This document shows, piece after piece, positions 54,847 through 64,000 of a stretch of DNA of 64,000 nucleotides (positions within the stretch are counted from its first letter, which is position 1; each line of letters starts with the position of its first letter). A program made the translations under genes and the position numbers. Under the pieces are notes generated by a model that ran no database searches, was not told where the DNA came from, and saw nothing but the letters and a program-made list of their open reading frames with translations. Source of the stretch: Wickerhamiella versatilis (taxonomy: Eukaryota); the NCBI GenBank assembly GCA_030867685.1, contig JAQOWU010000008.1, forward strand, positions 1,860,001-1,924,000. The letters run 5' to 3'.

Positions 54847-55275
54847 ATGTTTCGTCTCGCCCAGAGGAATTTTGTACAGGCACGTTTTGCCACTCCGCCT
54901 CGAGTATTAGGCAACTTTGGAATTAAGCGGTGGATGAGCGACGAGATTCGTCATGCAATTGACAGTGCCGTGGCCTCTGCCCCGGTGGTTCTTTTCATGA
55001 AAGGAACTCCAGACGCACCAGCATGCGGATTCAGTCGCAATACAATCCAAATTCTCGGCTATCAGGGTGTGAATCCTGCGAAATTTGCCGCCTATGATGT
55101 GCTTGAGGATCCAGAGCTTCGTACTGGTATTAAGGAGTACAGTCATTGGCCCACGGTCCCACAGCTCTATGTGAACAAGGAGTTTATCGGTGGACATGAT
55201 ATTATAGTCTCCATGTCAGAGGATGGTGAACTCGCTGATTTGTTGGAAAAGGAAGACGTTCTTATTGACGCTTGA
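54847..55275 (+). CDS. GRX5: Mitochondrial monothiol glutaredoxin
   Basis: Presequence, VVLFMKGTP..P.CGFS, WPTVPQLYV, GG. Confidence 0.96.
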   Translation: MFRLAQRNFVQARFATPPRVLGNFGIKRWMSDEIRHAIDSAVASAPVVLFMKGTPDAPACGFSRNTIQILGYQGVNPAKFAAYDVLEDPELRTGIKEYSHWPTVPQLYVNKEFIGGHDIIVSMSEDGELADLLEKEDVLIDA

Positions 55276-55637
55276 TCAGAACGCTCACTTTCTTTCCATG
55301 GAAGCACGAACATTTGCCACACTCGCCCATTCGCATCTGAGTTAAGTGGATGGCAGGTGGGTACTGAATATATAGCTTAGAGAATGTTTATAGAGGACCT
55401 TATACAGGTAAAATTTTGTCAATGTCATTAGAGGGTTTCAGTGGCAACACACTTGTACACCTTGGAGTAATTATGGCAACAGTCACTCAGCGGTTCACGT
55501 GCTTAGCAAGAGTAAAAAAACCTATATGTCTACGATTAAATGCTGCATTATAATGCCAATAATGGGACATGCAAGTTGGGGGGAAACCTTATACATCCCA
55601 GTCTAGTACCTGGTATATCAATTGCTCAAAGGCAGAG

Positions 55638-55911
55638 TCAGGGAAGACGGCGTTCAAAGTAGCCAGAAGCACGCATTATCGTAGCGCTGGTATCGAGCAT
55701 CCATTCCCCCACCTCAAGGTACTTAGCAATGAATGTCTGTGCGTCTTTATTCTCGACCGTGTTAGAACGCAGGGTCAGACCGGTATTACGGCGAACACCC
55801 GCAATCAGTGCAGATACAAGCACTGCATCAAAGGAAAAATGCATCACTTTACCGAACTACGCGTTAGTTTTCCACATGTAAAATCTTAGCATTAACACTT
55901 ACCAATCCCAT
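55638..55911 (-). CDS. DUF1748-family small protein; exons 55911-55903 and 55856-55638 (75 aa)
   Basis: Spliced MGL|FGKVMHFSFDAVLVSALIAGVRRNTGL...YLEVGEW. Confidence 0.8.
55857..55902 (-). other. Spliceosomal intron, 46 nt
   Basis: GTAAGT donor, ACTAAC branch point, TAG acceptor; phase 0, supplies an upstream ATG. Confidence 0.88.
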
Positions 55912-56085
55912 GATATTGTTTATATGACAAATCGCGATATGTAGTAGATAGCTGTATATGAATGTTTCACGACAGTAAGGATCAGCTGCTATTGCAATAA
56001 AAATGCACGTATCACACGCGATTATAATAAGTTGGTGTTTTACGCACAGTCACAGACCAAATCGGAATCAAGAAAAAAAAACAGC

Positions 56086-56317
56086 AAAAAGATAACCGTT
56101 GACAACCCTCTGGCCTCTCATAACGGCCACACGCCATCCGAATCGCCGTCCCCGGCAGAGAAGTTGGCTGCGCTATTGCTAGCCTGACCCGTCCTTCTCA
56201 TCTAAGAACAGTAGTCTCATGTTACCAAGAGACCGAAATGCTCACCCGGAGACTCGAACCGGACATGCGGCCATGACGAGGGGACGCCAGGCAACTCCGG
56301 CAAAACCCATGACAGGC
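56086..56317 (-). ncRNA. SCR1: Signal recognition particle RNA (fungal SRP/7SL RNA), Pol III gene
   Basis: 5' GCCTGTCATGGG (fungal Alu-like), internal B box GGTTCGAGTC (56251-56260), helix 6 GGTCTCTTG-GTAA-CATGAGACT, helix 8 TCAGGCTA-GCAA-TAGCGCAGC, long helix-5 complementarity, T5 then T9 terminators; ends approximate. Confidence 0.88.
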
Positions 56318-56415
56318 AGAATTTACTTGTGCAAAAATTATATATTGATAGCTACGTGATATGTATAGAATGTTTTTAAAAGTTAACATTACAAGCGTTA
56401 ATCACTACTACATGT

Positions 56416-57849
56416 CTAGTTGTTCTTTTTCCAAATCCAAACCCTGCCGTCGGCCGTGGATGCAAATAAATGGGTCTTCGTGCAAAATACATCCGACAAT
56501 GGCGCGTCACCAAATTCTGACAAAATGGGTGTGATATGCATTGCCGGGAAACCGAGGGGCGTCTCGTTCATGGGTCTGGCGCGTTGGACGCGAAGACCAT
56601 GGACATCTAAGGGTTTCACCCAGTCCAGTTCTGCCATGGTATTTGGAACAAAATCAAAAATGATCAGTTGCCCGTCATCGCCAACACTTACAATGCGGTA
56701 GGCGTCAGTATCATCGCAATAGTGGTCGAAAATGACTTTCACTGGTCTAGCGTTATGGCCCTGGAACCGCACTACTGGAAGGAGATTCTGCAATTCGTAC
56801 ACGGACACCATGTCATCCTCCCCTCCAATAGCCATATATTTGCTATCACCCGAAAAGGCTACTGTCTCTACCCCTAGAAATGTAGGGATGACGTCGGTTA
56901 TTTTCTCAGTGTTTAGGTCGAAAATTCTGGTATACCCATCAGAGGACGTCACGATGATGGAATTCTTACCCGGCACGAACCTGAGACAGGTTAGCGAATG
57001 GTTTGACAACTTGTATGCCGCTGCCAAGGACGTTTTAGAAGAGCTATGCAGAGACTTAAACGTATGCTGCGTTGAGTCTTTCGGCGAGTCAGGACTATTC
57101 CACCGTATATCGGCTGGACCATCTTCAGCATCAACATTGTAAATCACTACTATGCCATCTGCATGCGCGGCAACGACGAGATTAGCCGATTCTGGGAACC
57201 ACTGAATTGAAGTAATTGGTGCATGGGTAACATTCCCCGCCTTGTTTAATCTTTCGTATCGAGCCGACGTTAGTTCTAGCCATATCACATCTCCGGATGA
57301 CATCCCCACCACGACATCAAGCTGCTGCCTGGATTTAGTGGTTTCATTTAGTGCATGACATAGAGGCCAGTCCTTCGTGAAGAATATTTTAATCAGCGGA
57401 TCGGCCTGGTGAGTCGCTCCCTCCTCCAGATCGAGTAAACTAAGCGTTCTCTTGAAATTCATGAGACATACCAGCGACGAGGGATGAGATCCCATGACGC
57501 GTCTTGAGAATGATTCATATACAATACCCCTGCTAATGTACGAACTCTTCGAGTTTCTGACACTTGACTTGGGCCGACGTTTTCCCGGCTTATCTGGAAT
57601 GCCCGACAGAGAGATAGGCGTGAGCAATGTTCCTGACGAGTAAGAGCCCGGATTGAGGTAATCTGCTGCCAAAAGTGACCCGTTATTATGCGATACCACG
57701 CTCGGATGTGGCAAAGGTTTCAGCAGTGAAATACATGTTTGTGCCTCGTAGACATACCCACCACCATTGAAACTGTAATGAGGCCCCAGCTTTGTTGTCA
57801 TATTGCCTGACTCTGACACCTCTGTCGCTGGAGGCCGGTTACTACGCAT
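56416..57849 (-). CDS. creC: WD40 protein CreC/WDR20-like (deubiquitinase cofactor)
   Basis: KRRPKSS...SSYISR, KIFFTK..PLCH.LN..TKS...LDVVVGMSSGDVIW, RYERLNK, GGEDD, YRIVSVGDDG. Confidence 0.85.
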   Translation of the reverse strand: MRSNRPPATEVSESGNMTTKLGPHYSFNGGGYVYEAQTCISLLKPLPHPSVVSHNNGSLLAADYLNPGSYSSGTLLTPISLSGIPDKPGKRRPKSSVRNSKSSYISRGIVYESFSRRVMGSHPSSLVCLMNFKRTLSLLDLEEGATHQADPLIKIFFTKDWPLCHALNETTKSRQQLDVVVGMSSGDVIWLELTSARYERLNKAGNVTHAPITSIQWFPESANLVVAAHADGIVVIYNVDAEDGPADIRWNSPDSPKDSTQHTFKSLHSSSKTSLAAAYKLSNHSLTCLRFVPGKNSIIVTSSDGYTRIFDLNTEKITDVIPTFLGVETVAFSGDSKYMAIGGEDDMVSVYELQNLLPVVRFQGHNARPVKVIFDHYCDDTDAYRIVSVGDDGQLIIFDFVPNTMAELDWVKPLDVHGLRVQRARPMNETPLGFPAMHITPILSEFGDAPLSDVFCTKTHLFASTADGRVWIWKKNN

Positions 57850-58062
57850 GTTAATCAAGTTGCTGGTGCAATTCGAGGAAAGGGATAATCGTGGGCCGTG
57901 CTGACAAAGTTAGCCAGATGCAGTACATTTACACCTATTTCCTGAAATGCTAAATTACATCACGTGGCAATCTGTAAACTCACATCCATGTGATATAATA
58001 ACAAAATCATTTAAGGATTTACACCGTTATAAGAAAAAAATAATATTTATCGTAACAAATCT

Positions 58063-59271
58063 CTAACGCCCGTCGCATACACGATGAATATATAAGGCAA
58101 GAGGAGTCTTCTCCATCGTCTGAAGAAGATCTTTTAACTTCTGTATTACATTGTGCTGTTTGGCATGCGACAAGAGATAAATAACCTCGCTGATGGGATC
58201 ATCAGTGGGTTCTGGCGGTGGGCTCCTCATATTATCTTCACACATATCTATGCCAAGAATCAGGGCGATTTTCCGGATTCTTTCAGGGGCATACAGTGCA
58301 TACGGCCTTGGAACTCGTGCCAGCATCGGCTCTGTCTTAAAGACCATGGAATGAATCTTGTCCAGTACAGCCACCACCGTGTAGAGCCGCTTGGAATGCT
58401 GCGATGGAGCACTATACGAATTCAGAGCCAAAATGTTACCAACAGCTGCACCCAGCCACATGAAATCTAACGTTTGAAGGTACAAAAGTAGCAGCGCCAT
58501 TAATTGCATCGTGTGCCCCTGCGGCGTCATTGCACTGTGGGGGTCAACAGGAGCCGTCCTTGCCGTGCCATTAATCACACTAATTAGCCAGTCAGAGCAC
58601 GGCATGAAAGACAAGAATTCATTGAGTTCATTCAATGTGTCGGGGAGAATGGGGAATACTGGATGGCAATGCTTATAGTACTCATTCAACTTCTCTTCAT
58701 TAACTGATGTTTGAATAGGACGCCAAATGGGATCAGGCTTTGCCGGTGTCCCGGTTCCTAAGGGCAGGTTCTGTGCCCGTAGCGGATAATACGAGCTTCG
58801 GGGTAAGGGTGGGGCTAAGGGCTCGCCCTGCATTTGCGGGGAGAGCGAGTTTGACGAGCCTAGACTGGGCTCCAAGGGCTGCCAGGGCAATAAGCTTCCA
58901 ATTCCTGGAAGCGAAACATCTAACGTGTTATTCTGGGGGGGTTGCTGAGTCGAGAGGGATACCAGGGGCGAAGTCGGAAATTTCGGTGGTGACCCACCGG
59001 AAGTTTCCGAAGAACGTCTCTTTGTGGGGCCGCGCTTGAGCTGAGCTCTAGCGAAAGTACAAGGGATATTTGCCCTTCGACACGTTGAGCATCCCACAGG
59101 CGCGAGATCGCATCTTGTCTTTTTCCTCCGACATTCATCACAAGCTCGGCTCACTTTGGTGCGCTTGACGCTGCCGCCTATTGGAGGCCTGTCTGCTTGT
59201 AGAGTCTCTTCCGGTGATGCATGTGTCTGTAAGGTGTAGAAGTGCGCCATATATGGCTGCTGTGTTTGCAT
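58063..59271 (-). CDS. RGT1: Zn(II)2Cys6 transcription factor, Rgt1-like
   Basis: KRTKVSRACDECRRKKTRCD...CSTC...CTFARAQLKRGP; YY...HPVFPILP. Confidence 0.7.
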   Translation of the reverse strand: MQTQQPYMAHFYTLQTHASPEETLQADRPPIGGSVKRTKVSRACDECRRKKTRCDLAPVGCSTCRRANIPCTFARAQLKRGPTKRRSSETSGGSPPKFPTSPLVSLSTQQPPQNNTLDVSLPGIGSLLPWQPLEPSLGSSNSLSPQMQGEPLAPPLPRSSYYPLRAQNLPLGTGTPAKPDPIWRPIQTSVNEEKLNEYYKHCHPVFPILPDTLNELNEFLSFMPCSDWLISVINGTARTAPVDPHSAMTPQGHTMQLMALLLLYLQTLDFMWLGAAVGNILALNSYSAPSQHSKRLYTVVAVLDKIHSMVFKTEPMLARVPRPYALYAPERIRKIALILGIDMCEDNMRSPPPEPTDDPISEVIYLLSHAKQHNVIQKLKDLLQTMEKTPLALYIHRVCDGR

Positions 59272-59625
59272 CGCTTTGTCCGGGGTGGGAAAGTAACCTT
59301 CTTAATTATCCGGCGATAATGCGGGGGAATAGTAAATATACCCCGACCCCTGCTGCGTGCTTAGTAACATCTGGGGTCCGTATTACGGGTAGATATACGT
59401 ACGGGTTTTATTGAGATTATTTACCGCAGTATCTTAAATTAACTCTATTTTTTGATTCGCACCTATCCGACTCCCTTCAGCCAAGCAAAACATGCAGTTT
59501 CCTGATTTGGATAAATCACAGCCGATTTTTTCCGATGCACAACGAGTGAGACCGGGGTAATACGCTCAGGTAAGCCGGCCTTAGAAAAATAATAAGTTTA
59601 ATTGTGATATTCTTAAAGAGGGTTT

Positions 59626-60687
59626 TCATAGGTCCTCCACTGCATTTTCATAGGCTGAATCAATATCTTCATTTCTCAAAGGTTGGAAAAAGCAACCTAT
59701 TCGGGCCCAAAAACATTGCTCTCTAAGCCTCACACATTCGTCATAGGCCCGTCTTTGTTGGGCCTTCGTTTCAATTTTACGCACCCCATCGGCCAAAGAT
59801 TTGATAAAACTGACAAGTTCACAGCCTGCCCTCACGCTGGCTAGGCAAGAAAGACACATCGGATATCTATCATCCTCATGTCTTGGCAGCTTGGCATGAT
59901 GTAATCGGGCATGACTCTCACTCTGAGATTGCGTCCCGCATATGCAGCAAGGATGACTTGGCCGTCTCGCCCAAACACGCTCGCTTTGGGGAACTGGCTC
60001 AAGCACAATTGTTGATTCTAGAACTGCATCTCGCCAGCTCCGGCATGTAAGCCAATTAAGATGAACTGCAGTATCAAGGCCCAATGCAGGCTCAATATCT
60101 TGACTAACTAATCGATACCCAAATTTCGTTTTCTTCCAATTAGACTCAGTCCCACTTATAGCCAGGAAATCAGGGAATTCTCTAGTGACATCATAGCGTA
60201 TCGTCGGCCGTATAGGTGTATAATACCTGGCTCCCTCTAGAGCGTCTGCTACCTCCTCGTCGTTATCAGGGTCTATTAGCTCGAGCTTAGAGCTCCGCTC
60301 TTCGGTGGGTGCTTTAGCGTTTTCGGTAGACTCAAGCATTTCTTTTAGCGCCGCCAACTGCTCACGCTGAGTGTCTATTACTTGTTCCCGCTCCTCAACG
60401 AGACGATGTGCTAGTGCGGCCTTCCTATTCGCATCACCTGCCTGACGATTGGCCTCATCCAGTAAACTGGTAGAAAAATCCGACATCTCATCCTCAAGCT
60501 CGCTGATTCTCTGCTTGGCTTGCTCAAGAGCTGCCTGGCTCCCTTCTGCCTGCTTTAGTGAGACTTGCAGCTCAAGACGCATCTGCCGTACTAGCTGATC
60601 CAGCTCGCTCCGCGAGCTCTCCGACTCCAAGAGCCGCGAGCTTAGGCTTTGGATCTCGCTGGTCAGGTCGGGGTCAGTGGTGGCCAT
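59626..60687 (-). CDS. SEC2: Rab GEF Sec2-like
   Basis: Coiled coil ELEDEMSDFSTSLLDEAN, DIEPALGLD.A..L.W, C..CG, YPMCLSCL..VR..CE, LR...FWARIG; first ATG at 60687. Confidence 0.85.
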   Translation of the reverse strand: MATTDPDLTSEIQSLSSRLLESESSRSELDQLVRQMRLELQVSLKQAEGSQAALEQAKQRISELEDEMSDFSTSLLDEANRQAGDANRKAALAHRLVEEREQVIDTQREQLAALKEMLESTENAKAPTEERSSKLELIDPDNDEEVADALEGARYYTPIRPTIRYDVTREFPDFLAISGTESNWKKTKFGYRLVSQDIEPALGLDTAVHLNWLTCRSWRDAVLESTIVLEPVPQSERVWARRPSHPCCICGTQSQSESHARLHHAKLPRHEDDRYPMCLSCLASVRAGCELVSFIKSLADGVRKIETKAQQRRAYDECVRLREQCFWARIGCFFQPLRNEDIDSAYENAVEDL

Positions 60688-60996
60688 GCCCCTCTGCAAG
60701 AGCCGTGTGTATATGTATACCTTGGTAAGTAAGCCTCCTCTCCCTCCTCCCACGCTTCGCCTGGCTGCCCTTCCTTTCGCCTCCTGATACCGTACTTTGT
60801 GCTAAACTGACAGCAAAATTGCTAAACTAAGCGGTAATTGGATCGATTGGAGTATAGCCAAGACCAGAGCTGGTTGGTTGTGTAGAGCCTTGCTAGAACT
60901 TACTCCTAAAACCTAAGGTAACGTCCTTCTATGGATTTCCTAAAGCTTCATTATTTGTGCAAGAATTTTAAAGTAAAACTAAAGCCCGCCTGCAGG

Positions 60997-62061
60997 CTAA
61001 TCCAGCAGTGAATACTCTGCGACACGCTCACATTCACCACCTTTCTCCATGTTAATTGCATAGTGGTAGAGGATTCCTGAAGCAGTGGCGACATAGACAA
61101 TATTTGACAAAGGGGCTATTGCCAGGGTCGACCGCGTACCAGGCTTGCTCGGTACCTTGAACCAAGCAAAGCCTCGCCCACGCTGGTCTCTAACTGCCTT
61201 TCCTACTGTTTTACGCAATCCATAGGTATAACCATGTTTCTTTGGAGGCGTAGCACTAGCCTCGTCCCCATCCTCATCGTCAGGCTTGTTCAGACGATAT
61301 ATATGAATTGTTTGTGTCGAGCTCGAAACACAAACAAACGTGGACGATAAGTTGAATGTTATGCAATAAACTGAACTTTCAAATGACCCACGCCGAAACT
61401 CATGGAGTAACGTTCCCGCTGGTATACTAAATATTCGGATGAGGGTGCCTTTCTCTGACACAGTTGCCAGCAGAGTTCCATCGGAATTTAGTTGCGCCAG
61501 TGCCAGGGAATTGCGATGTGCTTTCACAACATTTAAAGGCGCACAAGAGTCGAGGTCAAATACAGTAACATCTCCAGTTTCGTTATGCAAAGTTGTAGGG
61601 TCAATAACATGTTTTGCTGGTGGACCACTAGGGTACACTAGGACATTCGAATCACGAGAGGTACTTAATGATACAATTCCCTTGGGGTTCATGGAGGTCT
61701 CCAATGTGTGCAAAAGACGCATATTTTGGATGTCGTAGATATAGATCTGGTCCTCAAGCGCGACGACAACTCGTTTCCTATTCATAAGGACTTTTACAAT
61801 AGTGGTCGGAAACGTCAGCTCACACACTACCTGCCGCTTTCTCGTATTGACAATTCGCAGCTTGCGTGGGCTTAATTGTGCATCTTCACCTTGGCCGACT
61901 ACTGCCACTAAGGAAGTTGCGAACAGCATTTCGCACAACGCCACCGATCCATCATCTGCTGCAAAGAAACGGCCAAATGGGTTGCAATTGTATATACGAT
62001 AGCCCTTTTGCGTGGCCACAGCAAGACAGCTGGCATCTTGATTGAAGCTCGCAACGGCCAT
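60997..62061 (-). CDS. ATG18: PROPPIN autophagy protein Atg18
   Basis: FNQD, EMLFATSLVAVVG, SPRKLRIVNT, SEKGTLIRIF, FRRG phosphoinositide-binding motif. Confidence 0.93.
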   Translation of the reverse strand: MAVASFNQDASCLAVATQKGYRIYNCNPFGRFFAADDGSVALCEMLFATSLVAVVGQGEDAQLSPRKLRIVNTRKRQVVCELTFPTTIVKVLMNRKRVVVALEDQIYIYDIQNMRLLHTLETSMNPKGIVSLSTSRDSNVLVYPSGPPAKHVIDPTTLHNETGDVTVFDLDSCAPLNVVKAHRNSLALAQLNSDGTLLATVSEKGTLIRIFSIPAGTLLHEFRRGSFESSVYCITFNLSSTFVCVSSSTQTIHIYRLNKPDDEDGDEASATPPKKHGYTYGLRKTVGKAVRDQRGRGFAWFKVPSKPGTRSTLAIAPLSNIVYVATASGILYHYAINMEKGGECERVAEYSLLD

Positions 62062-62268
62062 CAGTGACCCAGAGAAGGCTTATCTCAGCAACGTCATGGG
62101 CTACTTGCACAGGGGAGCAGATGGTGGGTGGCCCATGCTATTTTAAAGAAGTGACAGTGCGAGGATAAGGACATTTTATTATCTTGTTTAAACACAAATT
62201 TAGTTAAGAGCTCTTGCTAAGATGAAGCCGGACTTAAACTATTCATTATCTTGAACTTAAGTAAATAT

Positions 62269-62562
62269 TTACTTGCGATGATGATCTATGCTACGACGCC
62301 ACTGTTCTGGGGAAGGTCCCTCAGAACGAATTACCGAGCCAATACCCATAAACATGGCAAACATAGCACCAGATCCCAACATGTATTGACCCATCGTACG
62401 CATATATCCTCGAGGGCCCGGGCCATACTGGTAGATGGCCATGCCGCCGAATAAAACACCGATCATGGCACCAGCCATACCACCCATTGTCGCACCCATT
62501 GTTATGCGATCCCAAAAAGTAGGTTCACGAGTTGTCTGAACAGGACGGGATACCACAGGCAT
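62269..62562 (-). CDS. MGR2: TIM23 complex subunit Mgr2 (Romo1 family)
   Basis: MGATMGG..G..IGVLFGG, GQYMLGSGAMFAMFMGIGSVIR; first ATG at 62562. Confidence 0.93.
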   Translation of the reverse strand: MPVVSRPVQTTREPTFWDRITMGATMGGMAGAMIGVLFGGMAIYQYGPGPRGYMRTMGQYMLGSGAMFAMFMGIGSVIRSEGPSPEQWRRSIDHHRK

Positions 62563-62661
62563 CTTTTTTTCTTCGATTTGCACCGTCGGGGACTGCTTAG
62601 ATAATCATATGTTTGAAATTTATATATTTACACATGAATGCGAGCAATAAATGCCTAGAAA

Positions 62662-64000
62662 TTAACTATATATACCTTGTGTGACAATCTGGAACTGGTC
62701 ATACAGCCGAGTATAGAAGCTTCCAGCGCTCTTGAAAACCAGTTTTTCGATGAATTGATCAGCCTCCTCATCGTTAAGATGAAGAACGAACCGTGCTTTC
62801 AGTTGCTGAGCAGTTTGTGGCCCACTCATAAAACAAGGCAATTTGGACTCTTTCGACATAATATCGACGAAAGTTACGAATTCATCTGCATGCTGTCTCA
62901 AAACTCGAAAGGCCTGCTTCAAAAGCGAAACAAATTCCGCAAATGATTGAGAGTCTTGTCCGCCCATTAGGTCAATGTATTCGTGAGTCAATTTGAACGG
63001 CGATGCCTCGAACCCTATGTGACCTGGAGCATTGGAAAGCATGAATCCAAAATCTATATGGATAATGTGGCCTTCATTATCAACAAGTATGTTACCATTA
63101 TGTCGGTCCTTGATCTGGAGAATATAACAAAGCAGTGAATAGGCAGCAAGAGACTTCACAAAATTATGCACTGCTCTTACATGGCGGGCCGATGTGGCAG
63201 CGCCAAATTTATGCTCGAAATGTTGCGAAAGCTGTGCGACATGACGGGGATCACCGCCCTCTGTAACGTTCGCAGAAGTTAGAGCCTTCTTGATGGAATG
63301 CAAACTCAAGGCATTTGTGATAGTTTCCACTAAGCCTGAGTTTCCACCGGCGATCATAATACGCATATTTTTAACCCAAACGTCGACACCAGCATCACGC
63401 CAAAGGTGACGCGCATGCGTGATTAGTTGGCTTGCAAGAGCCTCCTGACGAAGGTCATCTCCGGTTTTGATGATGACACTAAATAAATCCCAGTTAGGAA
63501 GATGACCAAAGGGAGAGCTTTGGCGTATTCTCCGTTTACGACTCTGCCAGTCCTCACCCAAATTGGCTGCACTGGGGTCCTCATTGGTATTAGAAAGTCC
63601 TGATGTTTTAAGATCATTTTCCAATTTGCGTTCACCCGCTTCCCCTACGAAAAGGGCATCATGGTGCTGCATGTTCTGCATACTAGCCACAATCTTGTGG
63701 CGGATCAGGTCTACTTCAGCTTTGGGCAGTTTGGAAGCATCCGCACTAACATCAAGTTGTGCAAGAATGTGGGCAGCGGTACGCATCTGGGTCGCTAGGT
63801 CTGCAATATCCTGGTTTTCAGATTCATTGGAGGCAGCAGCTGCTTCAAGTTCAGGTTGAGAAATCGGCATTTGCCGCTCCTGATGTGGACTAGTTTCTTG
63901 AAATTTTACCAGGCTGAGTTGCCCGATATCTTGTTCCTCGTCCTCCGGGGGAGTTTGGATTCTAGGCTGGTCCACACGCTTCTCAAGTAAATTAGAACGT
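62662..64000 (-). CDS. PIK1: Phosphatidylinositol 4-kinase Pik1 (C-terminal part; 5' end outside window)
   Basis: EDPSA, KTGDDLRQE, KDRHNGNIL, HIDFGF, TRLYDQFQ..TQGIYS; frame open to window edge. Confidence 0.96.
   Translation of the reverse strand, partial: RSNLLEKRVDQPRIQTPPEDEEQDIGQLSLVKFQETSPHQERQMPISQPELEAAAASNESENQDIADLATQMRTAAHILAQLDVSADASKLPKAEVDLIRHKIVASMQNMQHHDALFVGEAGERKLENDLKTSGLSNTNEDPSAANLGEDWQSRKRRIRQSSPFGHLPNWDLFSVIIKTGDDLRQEALASQLITHARHLWRDAGVDVWVKNMRIMIAGGNSGLVETITNALSLHSIKKALTSANVTEGGDPRHVAQLSQHFEHKFGAATSARHVRAVHNFVKSLAAYSLLCYILQIKDRHNGNILVDNEGHIIHIDFGFMLSNAPGHIGFEASPFKLTHEYIDLMGGQDSQSFAEFVSLLKQAFRVLRQHADEFVTFVDIMSKESKLPCFMSGPQTAQQLKARFVLHLNDEEADQFIEKLVFKSAGSFYTRLYDQFQIVTQGIYS

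Noticed and set aside
54802-54883. Apparent CDS overlaps CTK1/GRX5 and TUS1/SDR in the ORF track
   Set aside because: They arise from GTG/CTG/TTG starts allowed by the track; first ATGs do not overlap
56240-56270. tRNA suggested by GGTTCGAGTC
   Set aside because: No cloverleaf; it is the B box inside the SRP RNA
62080-62097. 5-codon uORF (MTLLR) upstream of ATG18
   Set aside because: TSS unknown and leaders here appear very short; likely chance
1-64000. Horizontally acquired bacterial genes or operons
   Set aside because: Every confident ORF resembles a vertically inherited fungal family (NIK1, fRMsr, NIF3, TUM1, BolA all have fungal-type features); a phylogenetic screen would be needed to exclude it fully

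Overview
Eukaryotic DNA: an extremely compact, intron-poor budding-yeast (Saccharomycotina) chromosome segment with about 40 housekeeping protein genes and one RNA gene. CTG encodes conserved Leu (e.g. RPP0 ATLLNML), so it is not a CUG-Ser yeast. A complex I subunit, a group III histidine kinase (NIK1), CreC, a Mn-type CDF and a CYP52E-like P450, plus the extreme compaction, suggest the Wickerhamiella/Starmerella clade (inference). Reading beyond the ORF track adds: a compact ~230-nt SRP RNA gene (56086-56317, -), two ~46-49-nt spliceosomal introns (one restores a conserved N-terminus and uses an AAG acceptor), a candidate PMT2 5'UTR intron, and edge-truncated NIF3 and PIK1. The most unusual property is architectural: six head-to-head gene pairs have predicted start codons only 30-54 bp apart, intergenic DNA carries recurring TTAGGG and TGACTMA motifs, two convergent ORFs overlap, and many proteins are much shorter than their S. 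cerevisiae orthologues. I saw no mobile elements, CRISPR, tRNA/rRNA, bacterial-type operon or biosynthetic cluster, and no clearly new multi-gene system.
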